Source: Chthoniobacterales bacterium
Lineage (GTDB): Bacteria > Verrucomicrobiota > Verrucomicrobiia > Chthoniobacterales > UBA10450
DNA length: 64,000 bases
Assembly: GCA_038323965.1 (NCBI GenBank)
Contig: JBBQHM010000001.1
Coordinates: forward strand, 889-64,888
Direction: 5' to 3'
Shown here: positions 36,815-44,783 of the stretch, piece by piece
Position numbering within the stretch: the first letter of the stretch is position 1
How the letters are laid out: each line of letters starts with the position of its first letter
Notes under the pieces: generated by a model
The model's input: only the letters and a program-made list of their open reading frames with translations
Databases searched by the model: none
Told to the model about the DNA's origin: nothing
Program-made: the position numbers and the translations under genes

Positions 36815-38137
36815 CTACATTTGGGAACGGAATGGCAGCATGAGCCATTCTGTCGTGCGTTCGGACAGGGACCGATTTTTGAATTCGCTCAAGGTGTATT
36901 CCTTCGCGAGCGCGAGATCTTTCTCATACGAACGCTCCATCGCCGCGCCAAACTTCGCGTCATAGATTACCACATCCAGTTCCTCGTTAATTTCCGAGGA
37001 TCGCGAATCGAAGTTCGACGATCCGAACATGGTAAAAAGACCGTCTACCACCAACGACTTCTGGTGAATCATGGCTGGCTGGTACTCGAGAATTTTGACC
37101 CCGCCCTCCAGCAGTTTTCCGTAAGCGGCGCGGCCCGCGGACTTCGTCATCGGTTGATCGTTATTCGGACCGGGCAGGAGTAGTCGCACGTCGACGCCGC
37201 GTTTCACAGCACCGACCAGTTGCTTCACCTGATCTTCCGTTGGTGTGCAGTACGCGTTAGTGATCCAGATGCGATGCGCGGCGGCGGTGAACGCGACCGC
37301 CTGGACAAGCGGCACGGGCGCCATCGAGAACGAATGCGAGGAAACAATCTGAGCTTTCAAATCACCCGTCGCCTGCAGCTGCGGAAACTGGTCGGATCCG
37401 CTCAGCGCTTCTGCAAATGTCTTGACCCAATGCTCCTGAAAAGCCGCCTGCAGTTTCGCCACTATCGGCCCTTCGATGCGCAACTGCGAGTCCCGCCAGT
37501 GTTCCTTGTCCTGCGCGTGTCCGCTCCATTTCGCGGCGAACCCGGCGCTGCCAGTGAAGCCGATTTTGCCATCGAGCACGATGATGCGGCGATGCGTGCG
37601 GCGATTCGAGCGATCCACCCGCCAGGAATGCAGCGGGTGATAATAGCTAAACTTGCAGCCGGCCTCTTTCATCTGGCGCACGTCGGAATTATCCAGCTTT
37701 GAACTGGAGCCGATGCCATCCAGCAAAATGCGGACTTCGACTCCGACGCGAGCCCTTTCGATCAACGCATCTCGAAATTGCCGGCCAATCTCATCGCTGT
37801 AGAAGATAAACGCCTCAAAGTTAATAGTTTTCCTGGCGGCACGAATCGCGTCGAGCATCGCCGGGAAATAGGCATCGCCATTTTCCAGCACCTCGATCTT
37901 GTTACCCGGGATGAGGACGGGATCGCTTAGCGCCAGGGCGGAACCGATAAATTCCGGATCACGCACCGCGTAGGTGTGTTCAAGATGATATTCGAGCGTC
38001 TTCCGCCGAATGAAAAAAAGGCAGAAGACCAGGATGACGGCGATGAACAGGAGCACGACCGAAATCCATTCACCGTAGGCGAGCTTGCCCCAGCAGATAT
38101 TCAGCCAGTGGGAAGGGTGAGCTCGCTGCTTCGCCAT
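36815..38137 (-). CDS. cls: cardiolipin synthase (PLD superfamily)
   Basis: Two HKD motifs (HRRIIVLDGKIGFTGSAG and HQKSLVVDGLFTMFGSSNFD) and an N-terminal TM segment. Confidence 0.88.
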   Translation of the reverse strand: MAKQRAHPSHWLNICWGKLAYGEWISVVLLFIAVILVFCLFFIRRKTLEYHLEHTYAVRDPEFIGSALALSDPVLIPGNKIEVLENGDAYFPAMLDAIRAARKTINFEAFIFYSDEIGRQFRDALIERARVGVEVRILLDGIGSSSKLDNSDVRQMKEAGCKFSYYHPLHSWRVDRSNRRTHRRIIVLDGKIGFTGSAGFAAKWSGHAQDKEHWRDSQLRIEGPIVAKLQAAFQEHWVKTFAEALSGSDQFPQLQATGDLKAQIVSSHSFSMAPVPLVQAVAFTAAAHRIWITNAYCTPTEDQVKQLVGAVKRGVDVRLLLPGPNNDQPMTKSAGRAAYGKLLEGGVKILEYQPAMIHQKSLVVDGLFTMFGSSNFDSRSSEINEELDVVIYDAKFGAAMERSYEKDLALAKEYTLSEFKNRSLSERTTEWLMLPFRSQM

Positions 38138-38192
38138 AACGTCGTGCGCAAAGAGCTACTCCTATCGCGCCATGCGCGCGAAGTTATTCTCG

Positions 38193-39176
38193 TTACTGCG
38201 ACGCGCCAGCGTTGCTGCGGCCGGGGCGACGACGCTGATAGTGCGGCAGGCCGTTCGTCTGAATCTGCGCTTCGCGAATCTTATCCGAGGGCACGCGTCG
38301 CAGGTTTCGAGTCAGCCCAAGCTTGGATAACGTCCAGATGATCCATTTCGTCGGATCGAGATTCCAAGGCTTCACTCCATTCCGATAATCGTACTGAAAT
38401 TCGTGGTGATAGTTATGATATCCCTCACCAAAAGTGAAGATCGCGAGCAGCCATGAATCTCGCGCGCTGCACTTCGTCGAATAAGGCTGCGCACCCATCA
38501 CGTGACAGGCGCTGTTGATCAAAAAGGTGCAGTGCTGCACGAACACCACGCGCGCCACACCGGCGATCAGAAACGCACCGAGCGCACCCATCCATCCGTT
38601 CCAGAGACCGCCGATTAACGCGGGCAACCCGAAGCTCACGACCACCGCGATCAGATGAATGTACTTATGCTGCCAGCGAATGAGCGGATCCTTTTGGAGA
38701 TCCGCGACGTTATCGAACGGCGGCTCGGGATTGAGCTTAAAGATCAGCCAGCCGATATGCGCCCACCAGAATCCCTTCGAGATGCTGTAGGGATCGTCGT
38801 GATCGTGGTCGACGAATTTGTGGTGGCGGCGGTGTTCGCTCGACCAGAGCAGCACCGAATTTTCGAATGCCGCCGCGCCAAAGATCAGCGTCCACAAACG
38901 GATCGGCCAGGCCGCCTGAAACGTAATGTGCGAAAAGAGGCGGTGATAGCCCAGGCTGATGCTGAACCCGCTGGCCGCGACGAACGCGAAGAAAAGGCCG
39001 ACGTCAAACCAGGTCAGGCCGACTTTCCAGATGTAGAGCGGAACAACCGTCAACGTGAGCAGCAGCGTGCCCATGAGGAACGAACTGGTGATCCAGTTGA
39101 TCCGATCGAGCGGAAATCGATCTAAAAGGTTGCGCGAGGGAGCGGTTTGTTCGGCAGAGGTCGTTGAGTCCAACAT
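38193..39176 (-). CDS. acyl-CoA/acyl-lipid delta-9-type fatty acid desaturase
   Basis: Three histidine boxes: HRLFSH, HRRHHKFVD, HNYHHEF. Confidence 0.88.
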   Translation of the reverse strand: MLDSTTSAEQTAPSRNLLDRFPLDRINWITSSFLMGTLLLTLTVVPLYIWKVGLTWFDVGLFFAFVAASGFSISLGYHRLFSHITFQAAWPIRLWTLIFGAAAFENSVLLWSSEHRRHHKFVDHDHDDPYSISKGFWWAHIGWLIFKLNPEPPFDNVADLQKDPLIRWQHKYIHLIAVVVSFGLPALIGGLWNGWMGALGAFLIAGVARVVFVQHCTFLINSACHVMGAQPYSTKCSARDSWLLAIFTFGEGYHNYHHEFQYDYRNGVKPWNLDPTKWIIWTLSKLGLTRNLRRVPSDKIREAQIQTNGLPHYQRRRPGRSNAGASQ

Positions 39177-39290
39177 ACTATACTTGTTCTAGGCTAGGGC
39201 TGCGATGTTTACGCGAATCGCGCTTTGCGGTCCACTTAAACGGAGGGGGTTACAATGCGTAAGATCGCACAATTATGGGGTATTCGCCCG

Positions 39291-39330
39291 CAAAAAAGAG
39301 AAGGACGCCTCGTTTTGCGAAGCGCCCTTC
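39291..39330 (-). terminator. intrinsic terminator of rnpB
   Basis: On the minus strand, a 13-bp stem GAAGGGCGCUUCG / CGAGGCGUCCUUC with an AAAA-containing loop, followed by UCUUUUUUG. Confidence 0.8.
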
Positions 39331-39331
39331 A

Positions 39332-39732
39332 TATTTGATGGCGATAAGCCGAATTCTGTCCGGTCGCCGTAGCGACCGTGATGATCATTTATCTCATCCG
39401 TGGGGGCGGACGCCCGACGCTTGCGCGCCGTGATGCGACGATACCCGAGGATCAACGGACCGGCTATCCTTCCTCTGTTTTGTCTTGCACCGCATGGGGT
39501 TTTTCGTGCCACGCGAATCGCTTCGCGCGCGGTGAGCTCTTACCTCGCCTTTTCACCCTTGCCTGCACTCTGTTGCCAAAGAACCGGCGGTCTATTTTCT
39601 GCGACACTTTCCGTCACCGCAATTTTTCAACCGCGACGCCCGCGTCTTCTACGCGGCATGCTGCCGTATGGTGTTCGGACTTTCCTCTGGCAGAGCGTTG
39701 CCGCACCGCCAGCGATCATCTGCCATCACCGA
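39332..39732 (-). ncRNA. rnpB: RNase P RNA, bacterial type A (ends approximate, +/-10 nt)
   Basis: The minus strand contains GAGGAAAGUCCGAACACCAUACGGCAG, GGUAAGAGCUCACC, GGCACGAAAAACCCCAUGCGGUGCAAG and ACAGAAUUCGGCUUAUCGCCAUC, which align with the conserved regions of E. coli M1 RNA. P1 is UGAUGGC/GCCAUCA. Confidence 0.9.
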
Positions 39733-39758
39733 CAGTTTATCACGAAGCCGGACAACTG

Positions 39759-40295
39759 CTACGAACTCTTCTGCAGCTCGGCCAGATCCTTCAGCACCTG
39801 CTCGCTATGGTCGGCTGGTTTCACGCCGGTGTATACTTTCGCGATCTCGCCCTTGGGATTGATGATGAACGTATTTCGCGCGGCCATCTTCTGTCCCTGG
39901 TACTCCATCATCGAGCCATATTGAGTCGCGACTTTTGCCTCCGGATCTGCGAGCAATTTGAAGTTTAAACCTTCCTTGGTGCAGAAGTTCTTATGCGAAT
40001 CCGCCGTGTCCGCACTGACTCCGACGACAGTCGCCTGCAGCTGCTCATACTTCGCGAGATCGCGCTGGAAATTGTGCGCTTCGAGCGTGCAGCCGCCGGT
40101 GAAATCTTTCGGGTAAAAGTAAAGGATCACCCACTTTCCTTTGAAGTCGGCGAGGCTGACCTGGGTGCCGTCGCCGGCAGCAAGTTTCAGTGCGGGCGCG
40201 GGCGAGCCAGCGGCCGGTTGCGTTGCGGTTTCCGCTGCGACCGCGACGCTAAAAGTCGCGGCGGCCACTGCGCTGAGGACAAAGAAGTTTTTCAT
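39759..40295 (-). CDS. bcp: secreted Bcp-type peroxiredoxin
   Basis: Start at ATG 40295 with signal peptide MKNFFVLSAVAAATFSVAVA. WVILYFYPKDFTGGCT carries the peroxidatic Cys motif. Confidence 0.85.
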   Translation of the reverse strand: MKNFFVLSAVAAATFSVAVAAETATQPAAGSPAPALKLAAGDGTQVSLADFKGKWVILYFYPKDFTGGCTLEAHNFQRDLAKYEQLQATVVGVSADTADSHKNFCTKEGLNFKLLADPEAKVATQYGSMMEYQGQKMAARNTFIINPKGEIAKVYTGVKPADHSEQVLKDLAELQKSS

Positions 40296-40409
40296 AATTT
40301 TGTTACTGACAAAACCTAACAGCCGTTCGCCCACGGGTGAAGTCTTTCTGTCACCCCGAGCAATTCGGCGCTTGCTCTTCCATCGGCGTTCGGCTTCAAC
40401 CGGACGCAG

Positions 40410-41393
40410 ATGGCGAACGAAATTACGATTCCGCAGGGCTATCGGGTGCATCCGCTGCGCCTAGTTCTCGGCATCATCGGCTTCATCGGGCTGATGACGC
40501 TGATCTTTGCGCTGCTCTTTGGATTCACCTCCATTCCCGCAAACTCCATCGGCGTAAAGACCCGGTTTGGCGCCTTCTCCGGAACGGTCCAGCCCGGCCT
40601 CGCCTACGCCATCCCGCACGTCGACGAGATCATGGTCGTGCCCACGCAACGCTTGCTGAAACTCGAGTTCGGATTCGCCACCGCCGGTGCGTCCAATCTT
40701 TACCAGGGCGACCGCGACACCGATGACACTGAGACGATGATCACGGGCGACCTGAACACCGCGCTGGTGCCGTGGGTCGTGCAATATCGGATTACTGATC
40801 CACGCCTGTATTTATTCGGGGCGCGCGAGCCGGAGAAAACATTGCGCGATCTTTCCGAGAGCGTGATGCGCGAAGTAATCGGCGACCGCACCGTCGACGA
40901 AGTGCTGACGATCGGACGTCACGATATCGAGACATCCGCACTAAAACGTCTCACGGATCTGAGCTCGGAATACGAACTCGGATTACAGATCCAGCAGGTC
41001 CAGCTCGCGACTGTCCGTCCACCGCCGGTGGTGCAAGCCGCCTTTAACGAAGTGAACCAGGCGCAACAGGAAAAACAAACTGCGATCAATCAGGCATGGG
41101 CGAATTACAATGACGCCGTTCCCAACGCGTCCGGTAAAGCCAAGGAACGCCAGAAGCAGGCCGAGGCTTACGCATTTCGCCGCATCAACCAGGCCAAGGG
41201 TGACACCGAGAAATTTTCGCTGCTGGTGGCCGAATATCGCAAGGCGCCGGAGATCACGCGCCGCCGGCTTTATCTCGAGGCGATGCAGGAAATCCTGCCG
41301 AACCTTCAGCGCAAAATCATCATCGACGAAAGCGTTAAAGGCATTCTGCAAACATTGCCGCTTGGCCCGGACACAGCGGTAAAACAACCATGA
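40410..41393 (+). CDS. hflK: FtsH protease modulator HflK (SPFH/band 7)
   Basis: N-terminal TM segment and SPFH domain. Paired with, and overlapping, the hflC-like gene. Confidence 0.8.
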   Translation: MANEITIPQGYRVHPLRLVLGIIGFIGLMTLIFALLFGFTSIPANSIGVKTRFGAFSGTVQPGLAYAIPHVDEIMVVPTQRLLKLEFGFATAGASNLYQGDRDTDDTETMITGDLNTALVPWVVQYRITDPRLYLFGAREPEKTLRDLSESVMREVIGDRTVDEVLTIGRHDIETSALKRLTDLSSEYELGLQIQQVQLATVRPPPVVQAAFNEVNQAQQEKQTAINQAWANYNDAVPNASGKAKERQKQAEAYAFRRINQAKGDTEKFSLLVAEYRKAPEITRRRLYLEAMQEILPNLQRKIIIDESVKGILQTLPLGPDTAVKQP

Positions 41394-42424
41394 GCGCCGA
41401 TCCCCGCGAGACCGCCATCCTGTTCGCCGCGATGCGATTAATTCAGAGCCGGGTGATGGCCTTCCTCGGAGTCATCTTCATTTTCACGGCCGTAAAATGG
41501 GGCGCGATACTCTTCACCGTTCATCAATACGAGAACGTGATCGTCACGCGTTTCGGCAAGGCGATTCACACCGAGACAACGCCCGGATTAAAGTTCAAGC
41601 TGCCTTTTTTCGATGTCGTTCATCGTTTCGATAATCGCATTCTGGCCTGGGATGGACCGCCCACCGAATGCCCGACGAAAGATAAACTTTATCTCATCGT
41701 CGACTCCTTCGCGCGCTGGCGCATCAGCGATCCCCTTCTCTATTATAATCGCCTGAATGACGAGCGGAGCGCGCTCTCACGGCTCGACGATATCGTGGGG
41801 AGCGAGACCAGAACGGCGGTCGCGACGAACGATCTCGTTGAGATCATTCGCGTCATCAAAAACCGAAAACCGGTTCGGGATGAGGCGATGGAAAAAGCCG
41901 GCACGATTCTCCCGAGCAATATTCCCGACATTCAGCTTGGGCGCGGTGAGATCGAGAAACAAATTACAGAACGCGCCCGGCAAAAGATGTCGGACTTCGG
42001 CATTGAAATGATCGACTCTCGCTTCAAGCGGAGCCGCTATAATCCGGCCGTCGCCGAGAAAATCGTCGAGCGCATGTCGAGCGAACGTCACCAGATCGCC
42101 GCCAAATTCCGCTCCGAGGGACGCGGCGAAGCAGCTAACATCAGCGGCCAGAAAGAAAGCGATGTCGCGTCAATCACATCGACGGCAAACCGCGAAGCCC
42201 TCAAGATCGAGGGCGAAGCCGATGCCGAGGCCGCTCGTATTTACACCGCGACGTACGCAACGCCGGACGCGCAGGAGCTCTATACATTTTTGCGTAGTCT
42301 GGAAGTGCTCCGCGCTGGCTTGGAGAAGGACACTACCGCCGTGCTATCCACTAACAGCGAGCTCGGTCGCCTGCTAAAAGGAATCGGCTCGTGGGCGCCA
42401 GCGTCGAAGACCCCAACTCCTTGA
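41390..42424 (+). CDS. hflC: FtsH protease modulator HflC (SPFH/band 7)
   Basis: TM segment plus SPFH domain (VVTRFGK...). 4-nt overlap with hflK. Confidence 0.8.
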   Translation: MSADPRETAILFAAMRLIQSRVMAFLGVIFIFTAVKWGAILFTVHQYENVIVTRFGKAIHTETTPGLKFKLPFFDVVHRFDNRILAWDGPPTECPTKDKLYLIVDSFARWRISDPLLYYNRLNDERSALSRLDDIVGSETRTAVATNDLVEIIRVIKNRKPVRDEAMEKAGTILPSNIPDIQLGRGEIEKQITERARQKMSDFGIEMIDSRFKRSRYNPAVAEKIVERMSSERHQIAAKFRSEGRGEAANISGQKESDVASITSTANREALKIEGEADAEAARIYTATYATPDAQELYTFLRSLEVLRAGLEKDTTAVLSTNSELGRLLKGIGSWAPASKTPTP

Positions 42425-42435
42425 AGCAACGAGCA

Positions 42436-42490
42436 TGGGTTGGGCGGGACTCGAACCCGCAACCAACCCCGAAAGCTTTCGGGGCTGCTC
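42436..42490 (-). pseudogene. 3' portion of a tRNA-like gene (D-stem 3' strand, palindromic pseudo-anticodon arm, T-arm, acceptor 3' strand)
   Basis: Minus strand reads GAGCAGCCCCGAAAGCTTTCGGGGTTGGTTGCGGGTTCGAGTCCCGCCCAACCCA. The T-arm and acceptor are identical to tRNA-Lys at 42739-42810. It begins directly after the GIY-YIG stop codon. Confidence 0.8.
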
Positions 42491-42730
42491 TCATTGATTC
42501 AATTTAAAAATCGCCAGCTGCGGATTTTTCTTTGCTTTCAATTGCAGCTCTAGCTTCCGGGCTTCGGACATTGAAGGCACCTGCTTGGCTGCAACAATTA
42601 CAGGCTTGGCGCCGAAGCGATGCGTGCTGTGATTACTGCCACGCTCATGCTCCGCCAGTCGACGTTCAAGGTTCTCTGTCGCTCCGATGTAGTGGCGACG
42701 CGCGCAGCGCAAGATGTAAACCCAAGCCAT
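42491..42730 (-). CDS. minimal GIY-YIG nuclease-domain protein (URI-domain only, 79 aa)
   Basis: MAWVYILRCARRHYIGATENLERRLAEHERG...EARKLELQLK has the GIY (VYIL), YIG, Arg and Glu catalytic-core elements. The ATG lies 8 nt after the tRNA-Lys 3' end. Confidence 0.8.
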   Translation of the reverse strand: MAWVYILRCARRHYIGATENLERRLAEHERGSNHSTHRFGAKPVIVAAKQVPSMSEARKLELQLKAKKNPQLAIFKLNQ

Positions 42731-42738
42731 AAGATAGC

Positions 42739-42810
42739 TGGGTTGGGCGGGACTCGAACCCGCAACCAACGCCTTAAAAGGGCGCTGCTCTACCATTGAG
42801 CTACCAACCC
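42739..42810 (-). tRNA. tRNA-Lys (anticodon UUU)
   Basis: GGGTTGG TA GCTC AATGGTA GAGC A GCGCC CTTTTAA GGCGT TGGTT GCGGG TTCGAGT CCCGC CCAACCC A. Canonical cloverleaf, 72 nt, CCA not encoded. Confidence 0.93.
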
Positions 42811-42844
42811 GTGGAGTCCGTTTTACGCGCGACGCGCCCATCTG

Positions 42845-42896
42845 GCAACCAACCCCGAATGCTTTCGGGGCTGCTCTACCATTGAGCTACCAACCC
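42845..42896 (-). pseudogene. 5' portion of a tRNA-like gene (acceptor 5' strand, D-arm, palindromic pseudo-anticodon arm, variable loop), truncated at the T-stem
   Basis: Minus strand reads GGGTTGGTAGCTCAATGGTAGAGCAGCCCCGAAAGCATTCGGGGTTGGTTGC, then unrelated sequence. The first 25 nt are identical to tRNA-Lys. Confidence 0.8.
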
Positions 42897-42917
42897 GCAC
42901 AGAGATGACGTTTTAAT

Positions 42918-43583
42918 CTACAACGCGGGATGTCGCAAGAGATCGCGCAACGACTTCGTTTTGCGGTCCAGCTCAAAAACGTGCAACCCGACCGCGGCTG
43001 CGGCGCGCCAATCGCGCGCAGGATCATCGCCCACGTGGAGGGTCACGTCCGCGGAAACGCCGATGAATTTGAGGGAGCGATGAAAGATTTCCGGGTCGGG
43101 TTTGTCGGCGCCGAGTTCGCTGGAAAGGAAGACGTACTTGAAGAATTTTCGCACGCCAAGATGCTCGAGCACGAAACGCAGGCGGCCGTCAAAATTAGAA
43201 ATCACTGCCAGCTGATAGCGCGGATGCAGTTCGCTGAGCACTTCGATCACGTCGGGAAATAATTCCCACACCTCAGGCTCGGCGAAGTGCTCATACGCAA
43301 TCTCGAAAAAGTTGTCTCGATCTAGGGCGGACAAACCGGGCGCCGCCCTGTCCAGGACGCGAAAGACGATGTCGTGCCAAAGGCCTTTGTCGTCATCATC
43401 GCGCGGACCGTCGATCGCCTTGCGCGAAGGCAGCGCTGTCCAAGCGAGCGAAAACGCTTGATCGAGTTGCTGCGCATTAAGTCGAAGCCCAACCTGCGTT
43501 CCGACGTAGGCATAATTCTCGCCGACGCTGCGGGTCAGCCTGATCAGAGTTCCCGCCGCGTCGAAGAGGATTGCCTTTACCAT
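42918..43583 (-). CDS. HAD-superfamily hydrolase, subfamily IA
   Basis: Start at ATG 43583. Motif I is ILFDAAGTL; later SNFD and HVGDDPARD (motifs III/IV). Confidence 0.8.
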   Translation of the reverse strand: MVKAILFDAAGTLIRLTRSVGENYAYVGTQVGLRLNAQQLDQAFSLAWTALPSRKAIDGPRDDDDKGLWHDIVFRVLDRAAPGLSALDRDNFFEIAYEHFAEPEVWELFPDVIEVLSELHPRYQLAVISNFDGRLRFVLEHLGVRKFFKYVFLSSELGADKPDPEIFHRSLKFIGVSADVTLHVGDDPARDWRAAAAVGLHVFELDRKTKSLRDLLRHPAL

Positions 43584-43653
43584 CTTGTCGAATTTAACTG
43601 CGAATCCCGCTCGCGCATTGGACAAGCGTTCGGCCGCGGAGGATTGATTGACG

Positions 43654-44760
43654 ATGCTTCCAGTCGAGCACAACGATTCGCTTAACGCGCAGATTCTCGC
43701 TATCTCCGAGGATAAGATCGAAGGCTTTGTGCGGGAGCCTTTCGAGGAAATCGCGAAACGCAGTGGCGTAGCGGTCGCCGACGTGATGTCGCGCATCGCA
43801 GCGATGCTAAAAGCTGGAACGATTCGGCGCGTGCGCCAGACTTTGCTGGCGACCAACCTGGCGGATGGAGCGCTGGTCGCTTGGAAAGTGGCGCCGGAGA
43901 AACTCGATGCGGCATTCGATTTTATGTTTCAGCGTGATCCGTTTTCCGGCCACGTCGTCTTGCGTTCGACCGATGGGGTGACGGCAGGCTCGGAGTACAA
44001 ACTCTGGACGACGCTTAAAGTCCCACACGGTTTCTCTCTCGCAGCGCACGCCGAGATTCTCGCCGGCCACACCGGCGCGGAACATTTCCGGCTGATGCCG
44101 GCCAAAGGAATTTTCACGCTCGGGGTTGGACACGTGCGCCGAAAAAACGTGGAGCCAGGAAGCAAGGCGCCGGACCTGGCGAAGATGAATTCGGTGCGCG
44201 CGGTAAAGTTAAACGAACTCGAGTGGCGCGTCCTTGTCGCACTCAAGCGCGAGTTTGCGTCGGAGGAAATTGCTCCGACGCCCTGGCGCGCTCGTGCGGA
44301 AGAGGCGGGCATTTCGCTCGACGAATTTTACGAGATGGCCGAGGACTTGAGCACACGAAATGTCATCGGCCGATTCTCAACCTTTCTTGAGCATGTGAAA
44401 CCCTCCGCCACCGGCGTGCGGGTGACGCGCTTCAACGCGCTTTTTCACTGGGCCGTTCCCGCGGGCCGGGAAATCGAAGCTGGGGGCGAGGTCGGGCGGC
44501 ATCACATCCTCACGCACTGTTATTGGCGCGAAGCGGGTCCGGAGTTCCGCAATGTGAACATCATGGCGGTGGCACATGGAACCGACAAAGCGCGCTTGCT
44601 CGAACATAAGGCTGCGATCGACGCGCATCTCGACGCGTGCGCGATTCCAGTAAGCTACACCAATGTTTTTTGGGGCGGCCGGAGCGAGATCAAGCCATCT
44701 GAAATTTCGCCGCAGGCGCATCTCGAATGGATGCGCGAATTCGCACCGCCAGTCGCGTGA
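43654..44760 (+). CDS. two-repeat Lrp/AsnC-fold protein resembling siroheme decarboxylase (NirDL / AhbAB-like fusion)
   Basis: Two tandem halves, each with an HTH-like region followed by a ligand-domain-like region. The second half has LFHWAVP...ILTHCYWRE..., reminiscent of the Nir/Ahb family. This assignment rests on recall only. Confidence 0.45.
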   Translation: MLPVEHNDSLNAQILAISEDKIEGFVREPFEEIAKRSGVAVADVMSRIAAMLKAGTIRRVRQTLLATNLADGALVAWKVAPEKLDAAFDFMFQRDPFSGHVVLRSTDGVTAGSEYKLWTTLKVPHGFSLAAHAEILAGHTGAEHFRLMPAKGIFTLGVGHVRRKNVEPGSKAPDLAKMNSVRAVKLNELEWRVLVALKREFASEEIAPTPWRARAEEAGISLDEFYEMAEDLSTRNVIGRFSTFLEHVKPSATGVRVTRFNALFHWAVPAGREIEAGGEVGRHHILTHCYWREAGPEFRNVNIMAVAHGTDKARLLEHKAAIDAHLDACAIPVSYTNVFWGGRSEIKPSEISPQAHLEWMREFAPPVA

Positions 44761-44783
44761 CATCACCCAGCTCCGACGGCCCG

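Noticed and set aside
39378-39968. ORFs of 196 aa and 174 aa on the + strand between the desaturase and the peroxiredoxin.
   Set aside because: The region is RNase P RNA on the minus strand, with conserved GGAAAGUCCG, GGUAAGAGC and ACAGAAnnCGGCUUAUC blocks and its own terminator. The ORFs are fortuitous.
42491-42841. The 116-aa version of the GIY-YIG ORF.
   Set aside because: Its first 37 codons read straight through the tRNA-Lys gene (…SSMVEQRPFKALVAGSSPAQPS…). The GIY-YIG domain starts at the internal ATG 42730.
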